A stretch of 63,216 bases of DNA from an uncultured Spirochaetales bacterium (GTDB lineage Bacteria; Spirochaetota; Spirochaetia; SPDA01; CAZJBZ01): contig CAZKZZ010000004.1 of assembly GCA_964557375.1 (NCBI GenBank), forward strand, positions 5,904-69,119, written 5' to 3'. Within the stretch, counting starts at the first letter, position 1; each line of letters starts with the position of its first letter. Positions 28,648 through 36,564 of the stretch are shown here, piece by piece. The notes under the pieces were generated by a model. That model ran no database searches, was not told where the DNA came from, and saw only the letters and a list, made by a program, of their open reading frames with translations. The translations under genes were made by a program, and so were the position numbers.

Positions 28648-29019
28648 TTACCCTGCTTTTACTGTTATTTTTTTCGGTTTCTCTGCCTCTTTTAGATGGA
28701 GGGTCACTAACAGTACTCCGTTCTCCAGGCTTGCTTCGACCTTGTTCCGGTCAACAGTATCATCAAGGGTGTAGACTTGATAGAAATCTCCCTGACGCCG
28801 TTCCCTTATTAGGTAATTCTTCTCTGTGTCGTCAGGTAGCTCCCTTCTGCCTCGAATCTTGAGCTGATTATTCTCGATATTAATATCCAAATTGTCCTTT
28901 TTGACTCCGGGCATCTCGAGGCGGAGATAAATGTTCCCCTCTTTTTCACATATGTTTGACAACGCCCGTACCATCCTTCTGTCTTTTGCTTCGATTTCCT
29001 TGTTCTTTTCAGCAGCCAT
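28648..29019 (-). CDS. Hsp20/alpha-crystallin family small heat-shock protein
   Basis: 123 aa. Alpha-crystallin domain (LRLEMPGVKKDNLDINIENNQLKIRG ... NGVLLVTLHLKE). AGGAGG 5 nt upstream. Confidence 0.9.
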   Translation of the reverse strand: MAAEKNKEIEAKDRRMVRALSNICEKEGNIYLRLEMPGVKKDNLDINIENNQLKIRGRRELPDDTEKNYLIRERRQGDFYQVYTLDDTVDRNKVEASLENGVLLVTLHLKEAEKPKKITVKAG

Positions 29020-29035
29020 AATTTCCTCCTTATTA

Positions 29036-29488
29036 TTATGATTTGATGGAAATTTGTTTCGGTTTCTCTTCTTCCTTCTTGGGAAGTGTGATCGTGAGGA
29101 TCCCGTCCTTCAGTGATGCTTCTACTTTGCTGGTGTCAACTGAACTCGGAAGAGAGAGTGTACGCTGGAACTTACCGGCCCAGGTTTCTTTTTTGAATGT
29201 CTTCACCTCGTTGTCCGTAAAATACGCTTTCTTTTCGCCTTTTAGAGTCAATACATCCTGGGTCACGGAAATATCGAGGTCTTCCAGCTCGACTCCGGGC
29301 AGGTCGCAGGTGACTGTAAAATCATCACTGTTTTCTACCACATCAATGGGCGGAGATATGGTACGGTCGAAAAGCCCCTGATTGCCCGGTCTTCTGTTCT
29401 CTGTAAACAGTTCGTTGATTTCGTCCTGCAGCCTTTCAAAATCGTAGAAAGGATCGTATACATCGTTTCCCCATCGTATCAGTGCCAT
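29036..29488 (-). CDS. Hsp20/alpha-crystallin family small heat-shock protein
   Basis: Trimmed to the ATG at 29488 (MALIRWGNDVYDPF...), which has AGGAGG 6 nt upstream (the track start at 29503 is TTG). Alpha-crystallin domain (VTCDLPGVELEDLDISVTQDVLTLKGEK ... DGILTITLPKK). Confidence 0.9.
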   Translation of the reverse strand: MALIRWGNDVYDPFYDFERLQDEINELFTENRRPGNQGLFDRTISPPIDVVENSDDFTVTCDLPGVELEDLDISVTQDVLTLKGEKKAYFTDNEVKTFKKETWAGKFQRTLSLPSSVDTSKVEASLKDGILTITLPKKEEEKPKQISIKS

Positions 29489-29572
29489 AAGCTTCCTCCT
29501 CAATCATAAGATTTCATAAATAATATTGCATAAACTATGCCAATTAACGAAAAGAACATGTATTTTAAATAC

Positions 29573-29591
29573 TTATATTATAAAGAATTAT
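29573..29591 (+). repeat. 19-nt exact repeat, copy 2 (TTATATTATAAAGAATTAT)
   Basis: Identical to 12335-12353. Lies in the 319-nt AT-rich divergent region between hsp20 and citrate synthase. Its reverse complement contains TATAAT about 90 nt upstream of the hsp20 start. Confidence 0.85.
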
Positions 29592-29825
29592 AAGGATTGT
29601 TTTAGGGATCGATTTTCAATACATACACGGGATGATTATAATTGACACACTTTTTTTTGGCTGAACATGAGATTGCGGGTCATAATGAAACATATTGTCA
29701 TACTCCCCTTTTTTGGTGTAGACTGTGACAGTCATTGAGCCTGCCGGCAAGAATCAATTGCTGTTTTCGGCTAAGAACTACAATTCAATTTCTTTAACAC
29801 ACCCGATACAGAAGGAGATACGTTG

Positions 29826-31235
29826 ATGTTAAGAGAAGAAACAGAAGATACAAAAATGATTACAAAATTGATTTTGGATGCTAAACAGAATTCGTATAAA
29901 GAGACGAGTACTGAACCCGAACCCGAATTGACAACGAAAATGGAATGGCCGATTTCCTGTTCCGTCGGACCGGGACTGGAAGGAGCAATCGCTTGCGAGA
30001 CCGAGATCGGATACGTAAACGGTACAAAAGGATGGCTTATCTACCGAGGCTATGACATTTTTGATCTCTGTGCCTACTCCAGTTTCGAAGAAGTATCGTT
30101 CCTGCTTCTCCACGGATATCTTCCTTCAGAAAAAGAGTTGAGCCAGTTTAACGCTGATTTGATCAACTCCCGATTTGTTCCTGAGACGTGCAGACTGCTC
30201 ATGGGGTTCCCGGTCGAAGAGATGAACCCGATGGCGGCCCTTCGTTTAGGCACGAATCTCATGCGGCAGAAACAGACGTTTCGTGACAGAGAAGTAACCG
30301 AGTCCAAAACATTCGCCATCTCCGCGGATGAAGACTCGATCCCCATGGAAATAAAGCCGTACGGGGAGCCGAAAGCAAAGTACGAGTTTAGCCCCAAACA
30401 GTACATTCGGCCGGTTACGGCCAAGTACAATGAACTCGGGTCTGAGGAGCTCGAGAGCTGCTATCATCTCATCGCCGGAGTGGCAACCATTGCTGCTGCA
30501 ATTGCACGATTGAGAAAAGGAAGGCTCCCCATTGAACCGCGGCATGATCTTTCCCACGCGGCTAATATGCTCTATATGCTTACCGGCTTAGAACCGTCTC
30601 CTCTCGAAGAGCGGATTATGGATATCTGTCTCATTCTCCATGCCGACCACGGAATGAACGCGAGCACCTTTGCCTCGATGGTAGTCGCCTCCACCCTTTC
30701 AGATATCTATTTTTCAATCGGATCGGGTATAGCTGCATTGAACGGGCCGTTACACGGAGGCGCAAATGCTGAGGTAATGCGGATGCTCCAAGAGATCGGC
30801 GCGGTTGATAATGTAAAACCGTGGTTCGAAAAGGCGCGGAAGGAGAAAAAGAAGATCTCCGGTTTCGGACACCGGGTCTATAAAGCGTATGACCCCCGGG
30901 CACGTGTATTGGGACCGCTGGCGTCACTGCTTGCAAAAAACCACCCCGAAATGGGAGAGCTCTACCAAGTGGCACAGGCGCTCGAAGAAATGATGCTCGA
31001 AAGTCTGGGAAGGGAGAAAAAAATATTTCCTAATGTCGACTTTTATTCAGGATTCGTGTATCAATCGATGGGAATTCCCGTAGAGTTTTTTACCCCCATG
31101 TTTGCGGTTGCCCGTACAGCGGGTTGGACCGCCCGGGTACTGGAATATCTGCAGCACAACCGGATATTCAGACCGCGGGCCCTCTATACAGGAACATTCG
31201 ACAAACAGTACGTTCCTGTTGATAAACGGTCGTAA
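29826..31235 (+). CDS. gltA: citrate synthase (with N-terminal extension and internal insertion)
   Basis: The ATG at 29826 lies 8 nt after AGGAG. Motifs LILHADHGMNAST, GPLHGGANAEV, GFGHRVYKAYDPRA. About 90 aa longer than small-type citrate synthases. Confidence 0.9.
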   Translation: MLREETEDTKMITKLILDAKQNSYKETSTEPEPELTTKMEWPISCSVGPGLEGAIACETEIGYVNGTKGWLIYRGYDIFDLCAYSSFEEVSFLLLHGYLPSEKELSQFNADLINSRFVPETCRLLMGFPVEEMNPMAALRLGTNLMRQKQTFRDREVTESKTFAISADEDSIPMEIKPYGEPKAKYEFSPKQYIRPVTAKYNELGSEELESCYHLIAGVATIAAAIARLRKGRLPIEPRHDLSHAANMLYMLTGLEPSPLEERIMDICLILHADHGMNASTFASMVVASTLSDIYFSIGSGIAALNGPLHGGANAEVMRMLQEIGAVDNVKPWFEKARKEKKKISGFGHRVYKAYDPRARVLGPLASLLAKNHPEMGELYQVAQALEEMMLESLGREKKIFPNVDFYSGFVYQSMGIPVEFFTPMFAVARTAGWTARVLEYLQHNRIFRPRALYTGTFDKQYVPVDKRS

Positions 31236-31241
31236 ATATGG

Positions 31242-31688
31242 TTACGGGGATGTATTGTCTAAAGCGTTTATCTTATCAACACGCCGCTGATGGCGGCCCC
31301 CTTCAAAGCTGCTGGCTAAAAAGGCGTTGATGATATTCTCGACCGGCTCCTGATACTCGATTCGACCGCCGAAAGCGATAAAGTTGGCATCATTGTGCAG
31401 TCTGGCCATAGTTGCACTGTAGCTATTACAGAGGAGAGCGCACCGGATTCCGGCGATTTTATTGGCAGATATGGAAATCCCTATGCCGGTGCCGCAGCAG
31501 ACTACTCCGAAGTCGTATCCGCCCTCTAAATACGCTTCACAGGCGGTTTGGGCCATGTCCGGATAATCAACCGAATCGGGGGCAGTTACTCCCAGATCAG
31601 TTACTGAATGTCCTAAGTTCCTCAGATGCCGTACTATTTTTTGTTTCAATTCTATTGCCGCATGGTCATTACTAATAACTATATTCAT
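31242..31688 (-). CDS. rpiB: ribose 5-phosphate isomerase B
   Basis: 148 aa. RpiB/LacAB motif VVCCGTGIGISISANKIAGIRCAL. Confidence 0.9.
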   Translation of the reverse strand: MNIVISNDHAAIELKQKIVRHLRNLGHSVTDLGVTAPDSVDYPDMAQTACEAYLEGGYDFGVVCCGTGIGISISANKIAGIRCALLCNSYSATMARLHNDANFIAFGGRIEYQEPVENIINAFLASSFEGGRHQRRVDKINALDNTSP

Positions 31689-31783
31689 AAACTTGTTTTA
31701 AACAATTGACTATATTTTTTCAAGCATTGAAATACATCGTTATTTATATAAAACTATAATCGTGTATATGTCTGCGTAGTACA

Positions 31784-34700
31784 ATGCGTAAAGAAGAAAC
31801 TAAACTAAAACAACTCGAGAAAAAGACGTTTATATCGTCGTTCTTTTTTTTGTATCTGCCTCTCCTTTCTCTTATCGTTGCAGCTGCCGTTTCACTATTT
31901 GTCGTGCAGCTGAAGAGTGTTAAAACCGAGCTCACCAGTGTCGAGCGGCAGTTTTTGGAGGGGAAAAAATTACTGCTCGTCCACCAGTTAAACGGTGTTA
32001 TCGAGGACATTATGTACGTCTCTGATGCGGGCCGTCTGCTCAACATTAAAGAACGCGATCTCGAAGCCGCTGATATAAAAAGGTTGGAACTGATCTATAA
32101 ATCTTTTCTCGAGCGAAAACAGCATTATGCCGGAATTGCCTGGTATGATGCTGAAGGAAATGACATTCTACGGGTAGATTTCAACGGTAGTACTGCTTCT
32201 ATTGTGCCGGAAGAAAAGCTTAACCAGAGACTCAACACGCCGCTTCTACATGCGGTATTCGGACTCCAACCGGGGGAACTGTATATTTCCGCCCGGGAAG
32301 GAGGTCCCTATCCATCCCTGACCGTATCAAAAGCGGTATTCAACAGAGGGGGGGATGTCTCCGGTGCGGTAGTAATGCAATCCATAGGGGAGAAATTCTT
32401 TTCAGCTCTGGTAGAAGAAGCATCAAAAACACCCGGCACCGTTATGCTCATTGATAACGACGGCGAGTGGATTATTGCCCCGGAGGAGTCGGAGGACAGT
32501 GCCGTAACGACCATGGGAAGTGAATTCTTCTCCGAGATCGAGAACAACGATTCGGGAGTGGTCACCCATCGAGAAGGCATCTGTGTTTTTACATCCGTTT
32601 ATCCGATGCGGGACAGTAGTTTCATGCCTGCCGGGTTGAAAGCTTCCGAGATCGACGTGAAATCCGATGGAAAGCAATCAGACGGGTACCGTTGGGTCTT
32701 GGTATCTCTTATCCGTCGAAGTGTGATCGCTTCCGAGATGAGAGATTTTTCTCTTGTTCTTTTTCCTGTAGCTTTGTTCGCGGCGGCAGGATTTGCTGCT
32801 GCCGCTTTGAGAATTGCCGGGGCCCGGAGCAAACGAATCCTCCTCGAACAGCAGTACAGGGAAGAGGCTGCTATCTATAATAAAAATCCCGCGCCGGTAA
32901 TCCGAACGACCTTAAGCGGTGCGGTTGTTCGATATAACGAGGCGGCCGCTCGGCTCTTCTCCACCCAGCTTCTGCGGGAATCGGCGTTCAATCTGTTCAA
33001 TAATCTCAAGAGTGACGGGATACAAAATATTCTCATAACCAGTTCTTTTCAGTTCGAGGAAAAAATCGGAGACCGACATTATTTGTTTACGGTTAAACGG
33101 GATGACCCCGGGCAGTCACTTCTCTTTTTCGGATTTGATATCACCGCGTTAAAACAGATGGAGAGCGAACTGAGCAAACTGTCGCTTGCTGTTGAACAGA
33201 GCGCTAACGTTGTGGTTATTACCGACACAAGGGGTAATATTATTTTTGCAAATAAAGCGTTTGAACTGACGACAGGCTATTCCAGAGAAGAAGCTATAGG
33301 GAAGAACCCTCGTATTTTGAAAAGCGGATATCAGCCCGATGGTTTGTACCGCCGGCTGTGGGAGACGATCAGCTCCGGCAATATTTGGCAGGGGGAGTTT
33401 CTCAATAAAAGAAAGGACGGGAGTGAATATTGGGAGAAGGCGATAATATCGCCGATCAAAGATGACCGCGGTAAAGTTGTCAATTATTTAGCTGTAAAAG
33501 AAGATATAACCGGAGCAAAACAAGCTGCTGAGGAGCTTACCATCGCGAAAGAGGAGGCTGAAGCGGCCAATCGGCTGAAGAGTGAGTTTTTGGCCAATAT
33601 GTCTCATGAAATCAGGACCCCGATGAACGCAATACTCGGGTTTACCGATATATTGCTCGATGATGAAACGGAGAAGGGACGGCGGGAGAATCTGGAAGCG
33701 ATAAAGAGTTCAGGAACAAATCTACTCAGTTTGATTAACGACATCCTGGATTTTTCCAAAATAGAATCCGGAAAAATTACTCTTGAAAGGGCAAGGTGCA
33801 ATCTTCGTTCTCTTATCGATTATAATAAAACCATTTTTAACACAGTTGCCGAAGATGAAAAACTTGGATTCGAGGTAACGGTTGAAGAATCTGTCCCGAA
33901 AAACGTACTCGGGGATGAACTTAAAATAAACCAAATATTGCAGAATCTTTTAAGCAACGCGTTCAAGTTTACCGATTACGGGTCGGTCAGTCTCTACTGC
34001 TCCTATAATTATTCAAAGGAACAAGCGCTTATCACCGTCAGGGACACCGGGATCGGAATCCCAATGGAGAAACAGGAAATCATTTTTTCCCCTTTTGAAC
34101 AGGCAGATTCATCTACAGTACGGGAGTATGGGGGTACAGGTTTGGGGCTCGCCATATCGAAACGGTTAGCAGAGATGATGGACGGCGATATTACTGTTAC
34201 GAGCTCGATCGGAAAAGGGGCTGCATTTACGGTCCTGCTTCATTTACCGATTGTCGAAGCCGAGCCGGATGATACGATACCTGTCCAAAACGATCTATCA
34301 CCCGGCGAACAGATGGTAAAGCGGTGGGTTTCAGCAATGGATGGCGAAAAAGATATGGAAGATATTCTCTTCGAAGGAATACAGGCGCTTCCCTCGAAAT
34401 TGGCAAATGTAGAGGAAGCAATTGATAGCAGCCGGCAGAAAGATATTGCCTTTTTCTCTCATGATTTAAAAGGACTAGCCGGAAACCTCGGTATGACCGA
34501 AATCTATGAAGCCGCGACACAATTAAACGATGAAGCAACAGTGGAGCAGTACGACAAAAAGAGAATTGCCTCACTTTTTACCGAGTTGACCCGTCTTATC
34601 GAACTCATACCGGACCGTTATTTTCTCGGACCCCAGGAAGAGGTAAATGATACGGTCCCCGAGTTCAGCATCCTCGTGGCAGAGGACAACATCGTTAACC

Positions 34701-35311
34701 AAAAACTGATAAAAGCGTTACTCACCCCGCTGCAGCCCGATCCTACTATTGTCAGTAATGGACGAGAAGCACTGGATATGCTGCACGCCCGCCATTTCGA
34801 TCTTCTCCTTCTGGATATGCAGATGCCGGTACTAAATGGAGAGGAGGCTGTCCGACGGATCCGGGCGGATAATGAATTAAAGGATATTTATATAATTGCT
34901 CTCACTGCCCATGCTTTGAAAGGGGATGCCGAACGATACATCAATATCGGCTGTGATGATTATATTTCCAAACCGATCGATAGAGAGGTGTTGGAAGAGA
35001 AAATCACCCAAAGAATCGCCCTAAAAAGAGAAACGGTTTCAGAAGGAGCAGGAGATGAAGAACCGGTTGGGCCCGGCCGGGAAGAGCTGTCAAAGAAAGA
35101 GAAAGAGGAAGTAGCATACATAATTGGAAACCTCAAGAAAAATATCTCAATTTTCAATCCGGTAACCGTTTCTGCGTTAGCTGAGAAGTTGGCTTCCGTG
35201 GGTGAGGATTCCGGATTAACAGGATTGGCATCTCAGTTGCGAAATGCGGCCGAAAACTTTGATGACAGAGAGCTCTCCCGGATCGTTGACAAACTGTCGA
35301 ATTATATTTGA
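31784..35311 (+). CDS. hybrid sensor histidine kinase (extracytoplasmic sensor, PAS, HisKA, HATPase_c, Hpt, REC, C-terminal Hpt-like)
   Basis: 1175 aa. TM plus about 270-aa periplasmic region plus TM. PAS (SREEAIGKNPRILKSG...WQGEFLNKRKDGSEYW). H-box SEFLANMSHEIRTPMNAILG. G-boxes DTGIGIP and GGTGLGLAISKRL. Hpt SHDLKGLAGNLG. Receiver ILVAEDN...LLLLDMQMP...TAHA...KP. Confidence 0.9.
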   Translation: MRKEETKLKQLEKKTFISSFFFLYLPLLSLIVAAAVSLFVVQLKSVKTELTSVERQFLEGKKLLLVHQLNGVIEDIMYVSDAGRLLNIKERDLEAADIKRLELIYKSFLERKQHYAGIAWYDAEGNDILRVDFNGSTASIVPEEKLNQRLNTPLLHAVFGLQPGELYISAREGGPYPSLTVSKAVFNRGGDVSGAVVMQSIGEKFFSALVEEASKTPGTVMLIDNDGEWIIAPEESEDSAVTTMGSEFFSEIENNDSGVVTHREGICVFTSVYPMRDSSFMPAGLKASEIDVKSDGKQSDGYRWVLVSLIRRSVIASEMRDFSLVLFPVALFAAAGFAAAALRIAGARSKRILLEQQYREEAAIYNKNPAPVIRTTLSGAVVRYNEAAARLFSTQLLRESAFNLFNNLKSDGIQNILITSSFQFEEKIGDRHYLFTVKRDDPGQSLLFFGFDITALKQMESELSKLSLAVEQSANVVVITDTRGNIIFANKAFELTTGYSREEAIGKNPRILKSGYQPDGLYRRLWETISSGNIWQGEFLNKRKDGSEYWEKAIISPIKDDRGKVVNYLAVKEDITGAKQAAEELTIAKEEAEAANRLKSEFLANMSHEIRTPMNAILGFTDILLDDETEKGRRENLEAIKSSGTNLLSLINDILDFSKIESGKITLERARCNLRSLIDYNKTIFNTVAEDEKLGFEVTVEESVPKNVLGDELKINQILQNLLSNAFKFTDYGSVSLYCSYNYSKEQALITVRDTGIGIPMEKQEIIFSPFEQADSSTVREYGGTGLGLAISKRLAEMMDGDITVTSSIGKGAAFTVLLHLPIVEAEPDDTIPVQNDLSPGEQMVKRWVSAMDGEKDMEDILFEGIQALPSKLANVEEAIDSSRQKDIAFFSHDLKGLAGNLGMTEIYEAATQLNDEATVEQYDKKRIASLFTELTRLIELIPDRYFLGPQEEVNDTVPEFSILVAEDNIVNQKLIKALLTPLQPDPTIVSNGREALDMLHARHFDLLLLDMQMPVLNGEEAVRRIRADNELKDIYIIALTAHALKGDAERYINIGCDDYISKPIDREVLEEKITQRIALKRETVSEGAGDEEPVGPGREELSKKEKEEVAYIIGNLKKNISIFNPVTVSALAEKLASVGEDSGLTGLASQLRNAAENFDDRELSRIVDKLSNYI

Positions 35312-35336
35312 CAGCGCCGGTAATCAATGTTAGAAT
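35308..35336 (+). promoter_or_regulatory. sigma70-type promoter of the Fur/PerR-like gene
   Basis: TTGACA (35308-35313), 17-nt spacer, TAGAAT (35331-35336) with an upstream TG (TGTTAGAAT extended -10). Confidence 0.65.
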
Positions 35337-35352
35337 AATGATAATTATTACT
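35334..35352 (+). promoter_or_regulatory. Fur/PerR-box-like operator overlapping the -10
   Basis: AATAATGATAATTATTACT matches the 19-bp Fur consensus GATAATGATAATCATTATC at 15 of 19 positions. It overlaps the -10 and the predicted TSS of the regulator's own gene. Confidence 0.55.
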
Positions 35353-35375
35353 AAAAAAGGTTTGTTAAAGTGAGG

Positions 35376-35753
35376 ATGACCAAGCAGCGACAAATGATAC
35401 TTGAACTGTTGCGGGAAAGAGAAGACCATCCTGGTGCGGACGATGTATATGCTATGGTCAGAGAGCAAATCCCAAAGATCAGTCTCGGTACGGTCTATCG
35501 AAACTTGGAGTTTTTAGTAGAGCGGGGATACATTCAGAAGTTAGATTTCGGCGGACAAAAACGGTTTGATCCGAAAATAACTTCCCATTACCATTTTTGC
35601 TGCCTGGGGTGCGGGGGTGTAGAGGATATTCCCTGTTCTCTCGATGCACCGCGGCTCGATGAAAATGATCCCTGGGTAAAGGACCGGGTAATCCAAAAAG
35701 TACGGCTGGAATTCCACGGACTCTGTCCTGCGTGTGCTGGAAAAAATTCCTGA
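35376..35753 (+). CDS. Fur-family transcriptional regulator (PerR-like by context)
   Basis: ATG at 35376 (MTKQRQMILELL...). Winged-helix segment ISLGTVYRNLEFLVERGYI, structural Zn motifs CLGCGG and CPAC. Confidence 0.85.
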   Translation: MTKQRQMILELLREREDHPGADDVYAMVREQIPKISLGTVYRNLEFLVERGYIQKLDFGGQKRFDPKITSHYHFCCLGCGGVEDIPCSLDAPRLDENDPWVKDRVIQKVRLEFHGLCPACAGKNS

Positions 35754-35757
35754 CAAT

Positions 35758-35766
35758 TGTTAGAAT
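35758..35766 (+). promoter_or_regulatory. extended -10 (TGTTAGAAT) upstream of desulfoferrodoxin
   Basis: Same 10-mer TGTTAGAATA as at 35328-35337. A partial Fur-box half-site TTTAATGATAACC lies at 35812-35824, next to the RBS. Confidence 0.45.
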
Positions 35767-35840
35767 ATAAAAACGGCGTAAGAGTCGAAGACTACTGCGC
35801 GCAAAAAACAATTTAATGATAACCTGAAGGAGGGTTATAG

Positions 35841-36221
35841 ATGGCTAAACAACTTGAAATTTACAAGTGTGAAGTATGCGGTAATATCGTAGAAGTACTT
35901 CATGGTGGTGCGGGAGACCTGGTCTGCTGCGGTGAAAATATGAAGCTGTATGATGAAAAGACAGCAGATTCGAGTACGGAAAAACATGTCCCGGTTATTG
36001 AAAAAACGTCCGACGGTTATAAAGTAACTGTGGGAAGCACTCTGCATCCTATGGAAGATAAACATTACATCGAATGGATAGAGCTGATTGCCGACGGGAA
36101 AGCGTATCGGGAGTTTCTCAAACCTGGGGATGATCCGGTTGCCACATTCTGTGTATCGGCACAAAAAGTGAGTGCTCGTGAGTACTGCAATGTACATGGG
36201 CTGTGGCGCGCTGAGGCATAA
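35841..36221 (+). CDS. dfx: desulfoferrodoxin (2Fe superoxide reductase)
   Basis: 126 aa. N-terminal desulforedoxin-like CEVCGN...CCG, and SOR centre II residues ([23 protein letters not shown]-terminal YCNVHGLW). Confidence 0.9.
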   Translation: MAKQLEIYKCEVCGNIVEVLHGGAGDLVCCGENMKLYDEKTADSSTEKHVPVIEKTSDGYKVTVGSTLHPMEDKHYIEWIELIADGKAYREFLKPGDDPVATFCVSAQKVSAREYCNVHGLWRAEA

Positions 36222-36284
36222 ATCGGACCTGAGCGAAGAGCAGCTGAAACAAAATGTAACAATATAAAAACAAAGGAGTAATCT

Positions 36285-36446
36285 ATGCAGAAGTATGTAT
36301 GTAATCTTTGCGGCTATGTTTACGACCCGGCTGAAGGTGATCCAGACAACGGTGTACAGCCAAACACGCCATTCTCCGATCTGCCCGAAGATTGGGTCTG
36401 CCCCGTCTGCGGCGCGTCCCAGGATGATTTCTCTCCAACTGATTAG
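36285..36446 (+). CDS. rub: rubredoxin (53 aa; not in the supplied ORF track)
   Basis: Hand translation gives [53 protein letters not shown], with both CxxCG knuckles. AAAGGAG SD 7 nt upstream. The track ORF 36295-36507 is a different frame. Confidence 0.9.
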   Translation: MQKYVCNLCGYVYDPAEGDPDNGVQPNTPFSDLPEDWVCPVCGASQDDFSPTD

Positions 36447-36483
36447 GAGATCATTCCGGCGCACATGTATCTTGAATAAAAAT

Positions 36484-36537
36484 GCGGCCGGCTCTCATGT
36501 CTCGTGAACTAGGGATATCCGGCCGGCCGCTTTCTTT
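36484..36537. terminator. bidirectional terminator between rubredoxin and rlmL
   Basis: GC-rich 9-bp stem GCGGCCGGC (36484-36492) / GCCGGCCGC (36522-36530) with a 29-nt loop. TTTCTTT follows on the plus strand and the A5 run before it gives a U-tract on the minus strand. Confidence 0.6.
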
Positions 36538-36564
36538 AATGTTCTAACTCTTCCACCGGTCCAA

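Noticed and set aside
29504-29822. A CIRCE (HrcA) operator or other classical heat-shock element upstream of the hsp20 pair.
   Set aside because: There is no TTAGCACTC-N9-GAGTGCTAA-like inverted repeat in the 319-nt region. Only AT-rich promoter-like sequence and the 19-mer repeat, reported separately, are present.
36295-36507. The 70-aa track [18 protein letters not shown]...
   Set aside because: It is the +1 frame of the rubredoxin gene. The 36285-36446 frame gives a textbook rubredoxin with an SD, so the 70-aa ORF is spurious.
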